64,000 bases of DNA, from NCBI RefSeq assembly GCF_006345805.1, contig NC_043015.1, positions 3,782,001 to 3,846,000 of the forward strand, in the 5' to 3' direction. This document shows, piece after piece, positions 28,483 through 40,619 of the stretch. The stretch's first letter is position 1. Each line of letters starts with the position of its first letter. A model generated the notes under the pieces. That model was not told the DNA's origin. It saw nothing but the letters and a program-made list of their open reading frames with translations, and searched no databases. The stretch comes from Octopus sinensis. Taxonomy: Eukaryota. The position numbers and the translations under genes are program-made.

Positions 28483-28995
28483 CAGGGGTCGGAGAAAATA
28501 ATGGAAACACGTAGCATCATGGCATCATTATTTTCAAGTGTCTATACAATAGTCAAAAGTTTGTTTATTTTTATGGTCTTTTTTTATTTATTACTAGCGG
28601 CGCTTAATATGTTTTGCTAAAATTGCTGTCTCTTTTCAGAAATCAACAGAAAAATGTAATCAAAGTTATTTAAAATGTCAGATCTATCGGACCTTCAAAA
28701 AGGTCGCATAGATGGTGGTCGTATGGAGGGCGCTAGCATAACAAAAACCGCGGAAATGCCTGGCGTATGAAGATGTACTTGCCCGAAAGAAATGACAGCT
28801 TTTTAAAAAGAGATAAAGACCCCTCGTCGAAACAAAACTCCAGAAGAAAAATAAACATTTCAGATAGGAACTGTGAGATTTCTACGCGAATTGGTAGAAA
28901 ATTATCACAAAATTACAGCTCCGAAAATTACTCTAGAGCTTAATGACTACTTCGAGAACCAAGTTTCCAAACAAAATGTCGGCCAGGAGCTTTGA
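28483..28995 (+). mobile_element. 5' end of a Tc1 transposon (TIR + decayed paired-like N-terminus)
   Basis: TA|CAGGGGTCGGAGAAAATAATGGAAACAC TIR. ATG at 28675 reads MSDLSDLQKGRIDGGRMEGASITKTAEMPGV, matching Tc1 MSDLSDFQRGQIVGAR.AGASVTKTA. Confidence 0.8.
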
Positions 28996-29126
28996 CTTTC
29001 ATTAGTTTGTTGTCAATAAATTGAGTACCAGTAGAGTATTGCAACCGATTTACTCCGCTCATATCCTTCCCCAAACCTGCTGATAATTGTGCCAAAATTT
29101 AAGCCAATATTACGTAGTAATATACA

Positions 29127-29340
29127 GAGGCGAACTAGTATTTTCGTTAGCACATCGGGCAAAATGCTTGGCCACATTACGTCTGCTTTGAGTACTAGAG
29201 TTCACATTCTATCGCGGTCAACTCTGCATTTTATTATTTCGGTGTCCATAAAATAGTTACCGGCTGAGCAGAGGTTCGATCTGAACGACTTAATCCCTAA
29301 TCCAAACTTGCTAGCCTTGTGCCGAGATTTGAAATCTGCA
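29127..29340 (+). mobile_element. Degenerate SINE family B
   Basis: GGCGAACT..TTCGTTAGCACATCGGGCAAAATGCTT..GAGTTCACATT..CGACTTAATCCC..GCCTTGTGCCGAGATTTGAAA aligns with 4677. Confidence 0.6.
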
Positions 29341-29631
29341 TTATTCTGTAATTTCCTTCAACTAAACTATGGCGTTCATCATTTCTACTCTTTTGTTCTT
29401 GTTTCAGTTATCGCTAATCTATTTCAAAACGTTCGGTAATGAATGTCTCATATTTCTTTCGTATCCCGCTACGCCTTCAGTCATTTATGAACCCGTCATG
29501 CCAAACCAGACGTGGAGGCGCGTGGCTTAATGGTTAGGGTGCTGAACTAATGGTATATTTCTACGTCACTGAAACAGGGAAACCGGCCCTTATAAGTCTG
29601 GCATGGCTGGAGAAGGAACATTTATTTTAGT

Positions 29632-29881
29632 GGAGGTACGTGGCTTAGTGATTAGGGTATCAGCACCATGATCGTAAGATTATGGTTTCGATTCCTGGAC
29701 CGAGCGATGCGTTGTGTTCTTGAGCAAAACACTTCATTTCACGTTGCCCCAGTTCACTCAGCTGGCGAAAATGAGTAACGCTGCGATGGGCAGGCCTCCC
29801 ATCCAGCTGGGGAACACATACGCCACAGAAAGCGAGAAACCGGGCCCATTAGCCTGGCTAGACTTTAAAAGGGCGCGTTTA
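29632..29881 (+). mobile_element. tRNA-derived SINE, family D (CORE-like domain); a deleted sister copy lies at ~29512-29625
   Basis: GGAGGTACGTGGCTTAGTGATTAGGG..GGTTTCGATTCC..TTGTGTTCTTGAGCAAAACACTTCATTTC..CCAGTTCACTCAGCTGG..AAATGAGTA. Confidence 0.75.
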
Positions 29882-31413
29882 TTTATATCTATATTTATGC
29901 CGAACCAGTACATTACAGGAAAGTAAGCCTAACAGCAGCAATTGTCATGTTGTAGTCGACAAATGAATGAAACATACGCGCATGCGTAAATATATAAAGT
30001 GGGCCTGTATGTAATTGCTATCACTCACATTGACTGAAACCATTTTGCTCACTTATCGAAAACCACAGTTTCAATGTAATCTTCTTAAACACGGATATAC
30101 CAGCTATTAATCGCGAGTATATTCATCAGATTTGAGCATTTCAAGTTTCACTCATTAATGAGACAGTGAAAGTACTCTCACGTATTAGTGCGCTTATGTG
30201 AATCTACTCAAACATTTTAGAATCGCAGGGAAATACTATGTAACTTCACATTTTGAAATGAAATATTTGAAAAATTGATAATAGCACTTAGATGATAAAT
30301 GCCTTTTCACTTAAAAATGACATCCGCCTATTAAATATGAAACAGCTAAAACTTGCATTGCTTTTACATTTTAGTATCATATAAAAAGCCTAAATGAAAT
30401 AATAAACCCATATTTAAAATAAATATGACTAGATATTCTAGAACTGATCATCTTTTCTGGTGTGAATATATTTGATTGAATTATTTATGGTAGAATGAAT
30501 ATGCTTCTATGAAATTACACATAACAGCTATTTTGTTCATGAAATCAAGTGTTAATATTGCACATTCAAAAATACCCAGGTTAGGAAAATAAGCTCATGA
30601 ATGCACATATAATTTTCTGGTTACCAGATAACAAAGATATTATTCCTCTGTCTGTCACTCTCTCTCTCTTCTCTCTCTCTCTCTCTCACTCTCTCTCAGT
30701 ATAGCTACGCGTTCTTTTTGAAATATCTCTTGAAATCAAGCTTTAAGTGTTTACCTAAGAAAAGCAACCTTACGTACATGATAAATAGTTAAAGGAAACA
30801 AATAGAGAGAAGGTTCTTATCTGTCTCTTTGAGCATAGTATTGCAAAATAAGGTTGGATGAGTGGTGACATAACACCCACGAGACAAACAACGACAAATA
30901 GAATCACTTACATCAAATACACAACAGCAAACGCAACGGAATAACAATCCCAAATAATATTGAAAACAACATATATTTATAAGTGTTTATATAAAGGATT
31001 CATAAGTGTTTGTATAAAGCATTCGAAAAGTTGTACACAACTATGACAATACTGCACAAGGTATATTCAAAATACTTTATGCTTTCTGCGTATCTGAACG
31101 CAAAGCTTCTTAGAAAATTACAAACTCTGAGATTTCTCAGTCGTCAAACTAATCAGAATTATAGATCCACATTTTTTTTGAAGCCTGTTTTTACATCAGA
31201 AAATATTTGCATTACCGTTGGCAAATGCTTAGAACCCCGAAACTTCATGAAAATATTGCATTAAAGCAAAAAATTCAGTGCCACATGACATATCTCAAGT
31301 AAACTTTTCAAACAGACATATATTCCATTCTTCAAATAAACGCTTCAGACCGCAACGGCAAACTCACTGATTACATACCTTCTACACAATATAAATTGAT
31401 TATTATTTTTATA

Positions 31414-31720
31414 GGAAGCTCAATGGCCCAGTGGTTAGAGCAGCGGGCTCGCAGTTGCAGGATCGCAGTTTCGATTCCCAGACCGGGTTTTGTGTGTGTT
31501 TATTGAGCGAAAACACCTAAAGCTCCACGAGGCTCCGGTAGGGCGTGTTGGAGACCCCTGTTGTACTCTTTCGCCCCAAATTTCTCTCACTCTCTTTCTG
31601 TTTCTTGGATAACGCTGCGATAATCTGGCGCCCCGTCCAGCTGGTGGGGCACAGTATACGTTACAGAAACCGGGAAACCGGAGCCATGAGCCTGACTAGG
31701 CTTCAAATGGGTGCATAAAT
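31414..31720 (+). mobile_element. SINE family C head with tail type 2 (tail shared with family D)
   Basis: CAATGGCCCAGTGGTTAGAGCAGCGG..GTTTCGATTCCCAGACCGGG head. Tail ATAACGCTGCGAT..TCCAGCTGG..CAGAAACCGGGAAACCGG matches 29775-29860. Confidence 0.8.
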
Positions 31721-31879
31721 GTAAAAAAAATATATATATTTTTATAATGAGCCATTATATTGAAAATCCAAAGAACAATGTGTAGCATACAAAATTCTGT
31801 CACTTCCCGCTGTTTAATTGCACTGAAATAATTTCACCTTTTGGCTAAATTCGAAGTAAAGTGTTCAGTCGATTATATA

Positions 31880-32250
31880 TATCCCAGTGCTCAAGTGGTA
31901 CTTATTCTATCGACCCAGAAATTATAAATAGTAAATTTATCCACAGCAGAATTTGAATTACGAATATAAATACAAAAGAAATGCCGCTACGAATTCTGTT
32001 CGCCGCCTTAAATGTACTGAAAAGTTGCTTTCAACTTTTCGCACAAGGCCAGTAATGTCGAGTCAAGTACTTCAGGTGCTGCTATCTCCATTAAATCAAT
32101 CCCAGTGCCCAACTGGTACCTATGATTTCGACCCCGAAGGCAAAATTGACATCGGCGGAATTGGAGCTCAGAAGGTAAGACTGATGAAATGCCGCTAAGG
32201 AATTTTGTCCGGCGTTGTAATTACCAAGCTAGTTCACCACCTTAATTGCA
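31880..32250 (-). mobile_element. Degenerate SINE family B copies (tandem, minus strand)
   Basis: CCCAGTGC..AACTGGTAC.TAT..ATCGACCC..AA..TGACATCGGCGGAATT.GA segments occur twice and are reverse complements of the family B body. Confidence 0.55.
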
Positions 32251-33945
32251 TTGAAATAATAAGATAGTTCCTTGTGTAACATACGACGGGGCTTAACTGC
32301 AAATTGTATTGCATCTGCAAAATAGGTAAGAATATAAGAATATCTTGACTAGAGTCTCGATAACAAACTAATCCATTTTGAACATTTCAAAGTCATTACG
32401 TCTGCTATACTTCAGTATAACTTTTCATCTCCTCCAACGTCATAATATAAAATAATTGGAGTTTCTAATAAAAGAACATTGTATACTTGACGAGCTGTTC
32501 TAAATTGTTTAAGGAAATACGCAATTGCATTTTGTGTCTACCCTGTATATCACGTGGCTTTGCATCAGACTCACACACACATACAAACACACACACACAC
32601 ACACACATACACGCTCACACACACACACACGCGCACGTGCATTCTCTCTCTCATAAACACATCCACACAATAAACACAGTGCTTCTAGATAAGCGTAATA
32701 CAATTACGTAAACCTCGTTCTTAGATTTAATGCGATATTAATAAGATGTTGTGCTATCAAATAATTATGTCTACAGAACTATCATGATATGACATCTCCA
32801 AATTCGGAATGCAATTTTTAAAATAATCAGTTGGATTTCACTGTCAACAAATGACATATTCACACACCTCATTCTGATATCCAGCTAAATCCTCTGCGTT
32901 AAATCACCTTGACAAGGCACTAATATTTCTAATCTGGTTAATGAAACCCTGCAACATACTGTGCTGTAATCGTCCTATGTGCAATTACCCAATATATCAA
33001 CAAGTCCTATACAAAACGTCATGGAGAGTTGTGGACATAGTCACATTATTATAGCTCACTAGAGGCTCAGTGGCATGGATTATGAGTATATGTATCAGTT
33101 TACTTCTAATTAAATTCGAGTCTAAACTAACAAGCCCGATGTTACTGTATTTTCGGCACGTTGATAGAACATTTGACATAATCAGCAACACATTCTATAA
33201 ATCAAAATGGCAATGCAATACATGAATAGTTATATAATACTACAGCAAAAGCGTATAGAAATCACTCGTAAAATACTCATACGTAGGACATCACACTAGA
33301 TGTGAAAAAGAAATCCTGTCTAATGTCGCTTATTGAAAGGTATAAGCTGAGTAAAACTATCGAGAGCATTATTCTTTCTGTACTCGCCTAATAATATAAT
33401 GTTTAACGGAATTTTACGAAAAAACAAGATTTTCGTATAAGGCTTACTGCTTCCAACAACTAAATAACGTAACAAAACAAATATATTTACAGAGAAATGA
33501 ATTGAAATCCTGACGATTATACTTGTACTATTAAGCAAAGTATATCCGACAATTCTACGGAGAATAATAAACGTTACAAATGTGGAAACATCTTCAGAAA
33601 ATATCGATGCTACTGATATTTAAATGCTGAGAAATAATTAGGGTTGAAATCTAACTGAAGTATGCTAGTCCCATTCAATATAATGAAAACCTGCAGAATA
33701 AATACTCTGCATACCCCTAAACATATGGCACAATTAACAGGTGCATGTTCAGATGTTCAGTAATCCCACAACATCGTTTAAACTATGAATCATAGGGCTA
33801 CATGTTATTTCACAATCAATGCCTCCTCATTCTGAATCGCCTTAGGTCCTCTGACATTCTCCTCCATATCATTATTTTACTTCACTTCACCATACCTCAA
33901 TTCATTTACTAGCCTGCAATCAGGATGTCTCTTTTCTTCACTTAC

Positions 33946-34217
33946 ATGTTAGATAGGGAACATCTCAACGCATTATCTTCAGGGTGGATACGGAAAACAA
34001 ATCTACATGAAATATACCCCTTGTATTTTGAAAAGAGATTTACTGTATAACATTTTCCTAGATATATAATTGACAAGGAAAGAATGCCGGGACGACCAAC
34101 GGCTCAGTGAGGGGCAATTTTTTGATAACATCATAACTGTCCACCTTACTGTAGTAAGACTTCACTCGTGAACCAGTCTATTGCCTTCCCGTAGCGCTGG
34201 AAGAGGTTTGGATTTTT
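33946..34217 (-). CDS. Two candidate phase-compatible small exons (34217-34150 and 34002-33946) of an unidentified gene
   Basis: AG/GT boundaries (gcatcag|..CTACA|gtaagg; ttcatgtag|..CAT|gtaagt). The joined frame is open: KNPNLFQRYGKAIDWFTSEVLLQ-FVFRIHPEDNALRCSLSN. No family recognised. Confidence 0.2.
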
Positions 34218-34844
34218 CTGATGCGACAATAAATTTACTAACGGCTATGAGCACTACAAATTCCTCTTTGACTGAGCGTTAAAATAGTCACTTGCAACTT
34301 GGAATATTAATATGTAATATAATTCAGACATTGCATGTATCCATACATCATTGATTTCACATCGCCTAGGAGATTGGTATAAACGTTAGGCACCGATGTG
34401 ATGCGTCCGTCTAAATTAAAAAAGTTGATTCATTCTGTCAATGTTTATTAAGAATATAATTTGTGATATAAGAAAAGATTACGAAATAAGAAATTTATTT
34501 CTGTTTCAAATATAATTAAAATTACAGACTTGAATACAATAATCATTTATTCAATAACTGAAATATGAGCATGTCACTGCAGTCTCTTACGGTAATTACC
34601 GTGTTTTATATGATTACGACTACTAAAATATTAAAGATATGAGTAAATTCAAATGGAATTACTATTCTATGTGGAATACGTATCTTTAAATCAAAAGCAA
34701 CTCAGCACAGACGATAATATTAACTGATAATTCAACAATTTAAACTTTGAAAATTAGCAAGCATTCCAATGGAATTCTTTATACAGTGTATGAATAATGA
34801 TTCTTGAAACGCTGGAAAACCATGGAACTTAAAATATTTATTCA

Positions 34845-35630
34845 TTTATTGCTCATAGGGGGCTAAACATGGAGGGTACAAAAAATGACAGACAAAGGGA
34901 TTAAGTCGGTTAAATAGACCTCCAGTGCGTAACTAGAACTTATTTAATTGATGCCGAAAGAATGAAAGGCAAGTCAACATAAGCGGAATTTGAACTCAAA
35001 GTATTATAACCACAAACACAGTCAGCTGCATTACACATACATATGTGTGCGTGCGTGTGTATGGTTGTGTGCATGTGTATGTATGTGTGTGTGAGGGAGT
35101 ATGCGTGCGTGTGTATATTTTTGTGCTTGCAACTGTGTATGTATGCATGTACACAGTATGGATATGCGAGCATGCGCATAGCCTTTTCTGACAGCTGACA
35201 GCCTTAGATTAGATTAAAATGTAATATTAAAATGTTTTTACGGCTGAAAGATGGCAGAATCGTTACCGTGCCGAGTAAACTGCTTTGCGTCATTTCGTCC
35301 GTTTTTACGTTCTGAATTCAAATTTCACCGAGGCTGTCTTTGCTTTTGATCCTTCCAGGGTAGATAAAAGCTAATCGACTTACCCTACCCTAAACTAATG
35401 GCCTTGTACTAAAATTTGAAATCAGTATTAAGACGTATTTTTAAGACGGCAAGTTGACGGAATATCTAAGACGCCTAATAAAATGTCTGACAGCATTTAG
35501 TCAGACTTTATGGTGAGAACTCAAATTCAACCAATGTCTATTTTACGTTTCATCCTACGAGGTCGATAAAATAAGCCCCGGTCGCTCACTCATCCGTAAT
35601 CACTAGCCATCTGCCAAGCATTGAACTCAA
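34845..35630. mobile_element. Cluster of SINE family B copies (~34845-35005 minus; ~35243-35430 and ~35445-35630 plus)
   Basis: GGGGGCTAAACAT..GACAGACAAAGGGATTAAGTCG is the reverse complement of the 4677 tail. The plus copies carry GATGGCAGAATCGTTA..TTCAAATT..GAGG. Confidence 0.65.
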
Positions 35631-37171
35631 AATCAATACGTATTTTACAGAATACAGTGATGACAACAGTTGAATTCCTTGAAAGAGTGCTATTTCTAGG
35701 TAATAAAAGATAGACGGTCATCATTTGCATTAACTTTTTACGGTATTATATTCCTCACATTGCTACTAAAGTCGAGGAAAGTGGAAGAATGAACGTAATC
35801 GTATTTTTGGTGAAGCTTTCTTTATGCTTCTTTTCTTTATCTGTCACCATTAGAGTTTGACAATTCATTTATGCTCGATGATTTCGTTGACAATAATGGT
35901 TTAGACGAGACGCGCCTGAAATGATTTAAATGACATTTATTACGGTGGTCATAGGTGACTATTTAATTATACCTTTTATTTATTTATATTATTCATTTTG
36001 TTTTTTGTTCGAAGAATGGGAAGTCAACATTTCCCAGCAGAACAATATCTAACTATTCTTCTTTCGTAATTATTTCACAACAAAAATAAATTCGTAAATA
36101 TATATTCCATAAGATAAACAATCTTTAGATATATAACAATATATGTATGAATAGAGATTATACTATCAGAACGTTAATCTATAGCATTGCAGTGAATCTG
36201 AAGGAAACTGGTGACAGATTTAGTGAATTTGAAAAGAGGAATGTGACATTTGCTTGATTGCAAACTATGATATAACCAGTATTTGGACAATTGCGTTTAA
36301 TAGCAAAAATACTTTATAAAAAGGCTTCTTGTGTTCCTGCGAAAGCAGCACATGTCTTCCGATGTTATGAAATGTGCTAAAGGAAACAGCAGGAGGCTAT
36401 ATCTAACACATACATTTGAATGTGGTAAATGTTGAAATTCCAACAATTTCTGTAAGTGCAAACACTACATCAGTTATTTATAACGTGCAAATGGATTTCA
36501 GTATTTCCATTGAAATATGTGAATAGATGCTATAATTCTTGCCGCTTAATAGTGACAGAAGAGAGGAATGATATAAATATACCTCGAAATCTTAACTTGC
36601 GAGCCATAATTTTATTCAATTCAATGTGCATGATAAAGGATACGGAATCTCATTTACGTAAACATGGGTTTTCCGAGCACAATCTATCTACAACTGAATT
36701 GTGTTGCAGTGCGATATTAAATATCTAAACATATTTTAGCTGAAGATTCAATGATTTCTCTGTCTCCGTTTTTCTTTCCATACAAATATCTAATGCAAAT
36801 GGGAATCATTATTCATTCGGTATTCTGGTAATGAAAGTTCTGTTAGGTTATATTCTGACAGAATGTGTTACATTTATTGATTTTCATTTTGGGAACTAGT
36901 TGAGCACAAATTTCTAATTCAGACGAGAAACCATGTGCATATCGTTCTGCTGGTAATGCATTATCTACAGGGTGACAAAGAAAAGTTATTTACATATGGC
37001 TTTAATAAGACGGATAGTAAGATCTATCATTGATTTTAAGTTAAAATATAAATAACGTAACTAAACAAAGATATGCACACCAATTCAATTTCACATCAAT
37101 TCAAGAGGAAGCTGCAGATACATATACATATATTTATATGTGTGTGTAACACTACCGCTTGCTTTTGTGTG

Positions 37172-37211
<40 letters not shown>

Positions 37212-37414
37212 TACATGCATACATACATATATTTCTACATACAATTTTATGTACATATATGTATATACATATATACATACATACACACAAACAAACGCAT
37301 TATTTAATGTAGACTGTTAACTAAGAACTGATAATAATTTCATGTATTCGAACCACAGAAAATCGTCGGATTTATATAACGTGTCATGTGTGGCAGCTTC
37401 TCTTTTAGACTCAC

Positions 37415-37452
37415 CGTAGATGGTTAGTCTTAATTCAAAACCAAGATACTGA
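37415..37452 (-). CDS. Candidate 38-nt exon (QYLGFELRLTIY)
   Basis: Strong acceptor (ttttttgggtgtttcttctgttgtctcatgtag|) and donor (|gtgagt); only one of three frames is open. Confidence 0.3.
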
Positions 37453-38169
37453 CTACATGAGACAACAGAAGAAACACCCAAAAAATTACTCTTTTCCCGT
37501 GTTATAGCATCCTGATTTTCAGATGAGGCTAACCCTGTGCACTGAGCCCGAATTTATGATTGGTGATAAAATGCACGTTACATTAATCTGCAGAAATACT
37601 GTGCCTCAAATGCATGAAAGCATTTGTAGCTCTTATTCTAACAGTCATTTACCGCGTACTGCATGGAGTACATTTTCTTGACTGTTCCTTATACGGAACA
37701 GTAACATATATACATACACATAGCTATATATCCATACCTATGGCTAAATTTAAAATAAGGGTGAACAATTTAATATTAATGTGATTGATATCAATTTAAA
37801 ACCAGTGGTCTAGCATATTGAAAATTCTGAAGATTCAGAAAAATTATATTACATATATATAAGCAGGATGACCACTGAGTGGACATCCATTATGCAAGAA
37901 GTAGGCCTCCTATGGTCTTACCACTGAGAAAGGATTGTTTTCAACAACATTTATAAAACGTCAGAACGTAAGCGAGCAAGACAAATACAAAGATACAGAA
38001 TATAAAGATTAATCGCAAACCAAATATCGTTGTTACCACGTGCATAGTTACTTACGTAATTCACCGCAACTCATCAGTGTGATCGTCATAGCAAAATATC
38101 ATTTGCAGATCTATACACGAGACGTCCGCATGAGATTGAACATATATAACGTTCTACCATATATATATA

Positions 38170-38250
<81 letters not shown>

Positions 38251-38252
38251 TA

Positions 38253-38436
38253 CCAAAAGTATATTACACCTCCAATTATGAAGAAGAAGGGGGATGAAGC
38301 CAATAAACTGTCCACAGTCTGTCTACCCTATGTGAAAGGCCTTTCCGAGAAGATACAAAAGATATGCGGCTCATATGACATTAGGACAGTATTCAAGAGT
38401 AATACAACATTTCGCAAATATCTCCTTCGAGCATAA
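38253..38436 (+). mobile_element. Short Penelope-like fragment, Poseidon-type linker
   Basis: KLSTVCLPYVKGLSEKIQKICGSYDIRTVFKSNTTFRKYL matches the LPY..GLSE.I....VFK...LR..L motif. Begins at a (TA)n tract. Confidence 0.7.
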
Positions 38437-38755
38437 CCACCAAAATATAGATTACACTAACAAGGATTGATATCATCAGGAGGTGTAAAAGAATTTTATC
38501 AACCGTTAACCCACCGCTTGGCAACTGACGCTTCTTCATTAAGTCATTCTTATATAAGCGTTTGATAAATGTGACCGAAAAAATAAGTGATAAAGTGAAA
38601 GACAAACATAGAAAGGATCAAGACAGAGATGATATTTTCAGAAAACCACATTGTAGTCAGTTTCCCAGCATTGATCCACTCCAATGATGACGAAAACATT
38701 CATACATACGTAAACCATACAGACAGATATGTTAATACCTACTTACACACACACA

Positions 38756-38790
<35 letters not shown>

Positions 38791-38833
38791 ATGTATATAT
38801 ATATATATATATACAGACAGACATATAGATAAA

Positions 38834-38871
<38 letters not shown>

Positions 38872-38884
38872 CATTATATGTATG

Positions 38885-38940
<56 letters not shown>

Positions 38941-39570
38941 TATAGAATGTCAGAGGGAATAATACTTAAATAGATGGAGATTTAGTTAACTAGGTAGACA
39001 AAGAGGTAAATATATTGATAGATATATAGATAAACACGGTGCGTCAATCTCTTTTCATTTAGGAAGATCAATTATTCAAAATACGTGCAATTTATATGCA
39101 GCTATTTTAAAATGGTTTGTAAAGTTAATCTCAGACATACAGGAGACGTTGCCTTTGCTAATAAAATACCAATAAACGAGGTCGAGACATGAGAACACCA
39201 TGCGAACATAAACTAAATATTTAATATAATAGGCATTAAGATATTAGTAAATGTTTCAAATATACATTACGATTTCCTTAGCAGAAATAATTCACTGCAG
39301 GTCGTTATATTTGGAAGCGTAGTGTCACAGATATTGCTGCATACATTAGAAGAGTGTAATTTGAATTAAGTCGTAGGAATTTATACTGGCATAGTGTTGT
39401 CTCAGTTTGAAATATTAAGAATTTTCATTCGTATGCAGATATAAACATGTATATGTATATATTCACATGCACACGTCATACCAACCACACACACACACCC
39501 GCGCTCATATATTATGTAAATAGAGGAATTTATCTGTAAATGTAATATTTGACAATTATTCGGTAGCCAT

Positions 39571-39631
39571 GATAAAACTCCGTGTTTCGCATGCCGAGAT
39601 GGAAATCCACGCCGCCATCTCTTCAGTTACC
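39571..39631 (-). ncRNA. Type I hammerhead ribozyme motif (opposite arm), intact core
   Basis: Minus strand: GGTAA CTGAAGA GATG-(22 nt)-CATG C GAAA CAC G GAG T T TTATC; one mismatch in stem III. Confidence 0.65.
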
Positions 39632-39663
39632 TGGGAATCGGATAGTATTTTTTCCGATGGCCG

Positions 39664-39724
39664 GATAACTGAAGAGATGGTGGCGTGAATTTCTCCCCGG
39701 GCATCCGAAACTCGGAGTTTTATC
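39664..39724 (+). ncRNA. Type I hammerhead ribozyme motif, intact core
   Basis: GATAA CTGAAGA GATG-(22 nt)-CATC C GAAA CTC G GAG T T TTATC: stem I GATAA/TTATC, core CUGAAGA and GAAA, near-palindromic stem III ACTC(G)GAGT, predicted cleavage after GUU at 39719. Confidence 0.75.
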
Positions 39725-40389
39725 ATGGCTATCGAATAATTGTCGCATATTACATATATATATATATATAATATATATATACATATAATTCGTATTTGTA
39801 TGTATATAAAAAATAACATAAGTTAGTATTTAAAAAACACACATACACACATACACACACTCACTTACTCGTCTGGAGCAGATCTCGGAGAAATCCCATA
39901 TCTGGAACGTAACTTCAAAATAAGTGGAAGTAGCGAGACGCGTCATTAAAGACATTGCAGCAATATGATGAAATAATTATTTGACAAAAAAAAATGGAAA
40001 CATGAACAATAGCGAACATTTGAACAATTGGTTAACAGCTTGAGCAAAGTGTTTGACATAGGAGTTTAAAAAACTGGTAAAGGAAAACGCTTGTTCTACA
40101 CATCTTTTAGTGGAGTAACTAATCCATTAACTGGCAATAAGAATAAAAAAACCGAGTCAGTACCTATGTGTATTATGACTGGTATAACGCCCCTCTAAAT
40201 GTTAAGTATGGCTGTTGCGATAACGTAGAAAATATTTAAATGGAAATAAAGTATATTTGTTCGCCGAAAAACTTCTGAAAGTTTTTGATATCCCATAGGC
40301 CAAAGTCAGCAACTCCGTTTCCGCGTGCATTACGAAAATATGAGTGCGCGCGAACTCACACACACAGACTCTCTTATATATACACACAT

Positions 40390-40443
<54 letters not shown>

Positions 40444-40619
40444 ATATATATATATATATATACATAAAGTGAGTGGGAGATAGGTATGGAGAGGGGGATA
40501 GACAGATATATACATAAATAGATATATATAGAAATTCGGGGTGAGTACTTGATAATTATAAGCACCTGTGTATACCGTTTAGTGGTGTAGGTGGTGGAGT
40601 AAATTGATCAAAATAAAAA

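Larger units (their letters stand above)
39540..39755. mobile_element. ~215 bp fold-back element with a type I hammerhead motif in each arm
   Basis: Arms 39540-39631 and 39664-39755 are reverse complements with scattered mismatches. Inner ATCGGA/TCCGAT stem. Right end abuts (TA)n. Confidence 0.85.

Noticed and set aside
32760-33200. Possible LINE RT remnant (VADYVKC resembling FADDTK)
   Set aside because: One degenerate motif without supporting neighbours.
38040-38085. Minus-strand CTGATGA followed by a GTTGC/GTAAC stem
   Set aside because: No GAAA after the stem and no stem I partner. The same applies to CTGANGA hits at ~2726, ~8665, ~10273, ~15898 and ~48677.
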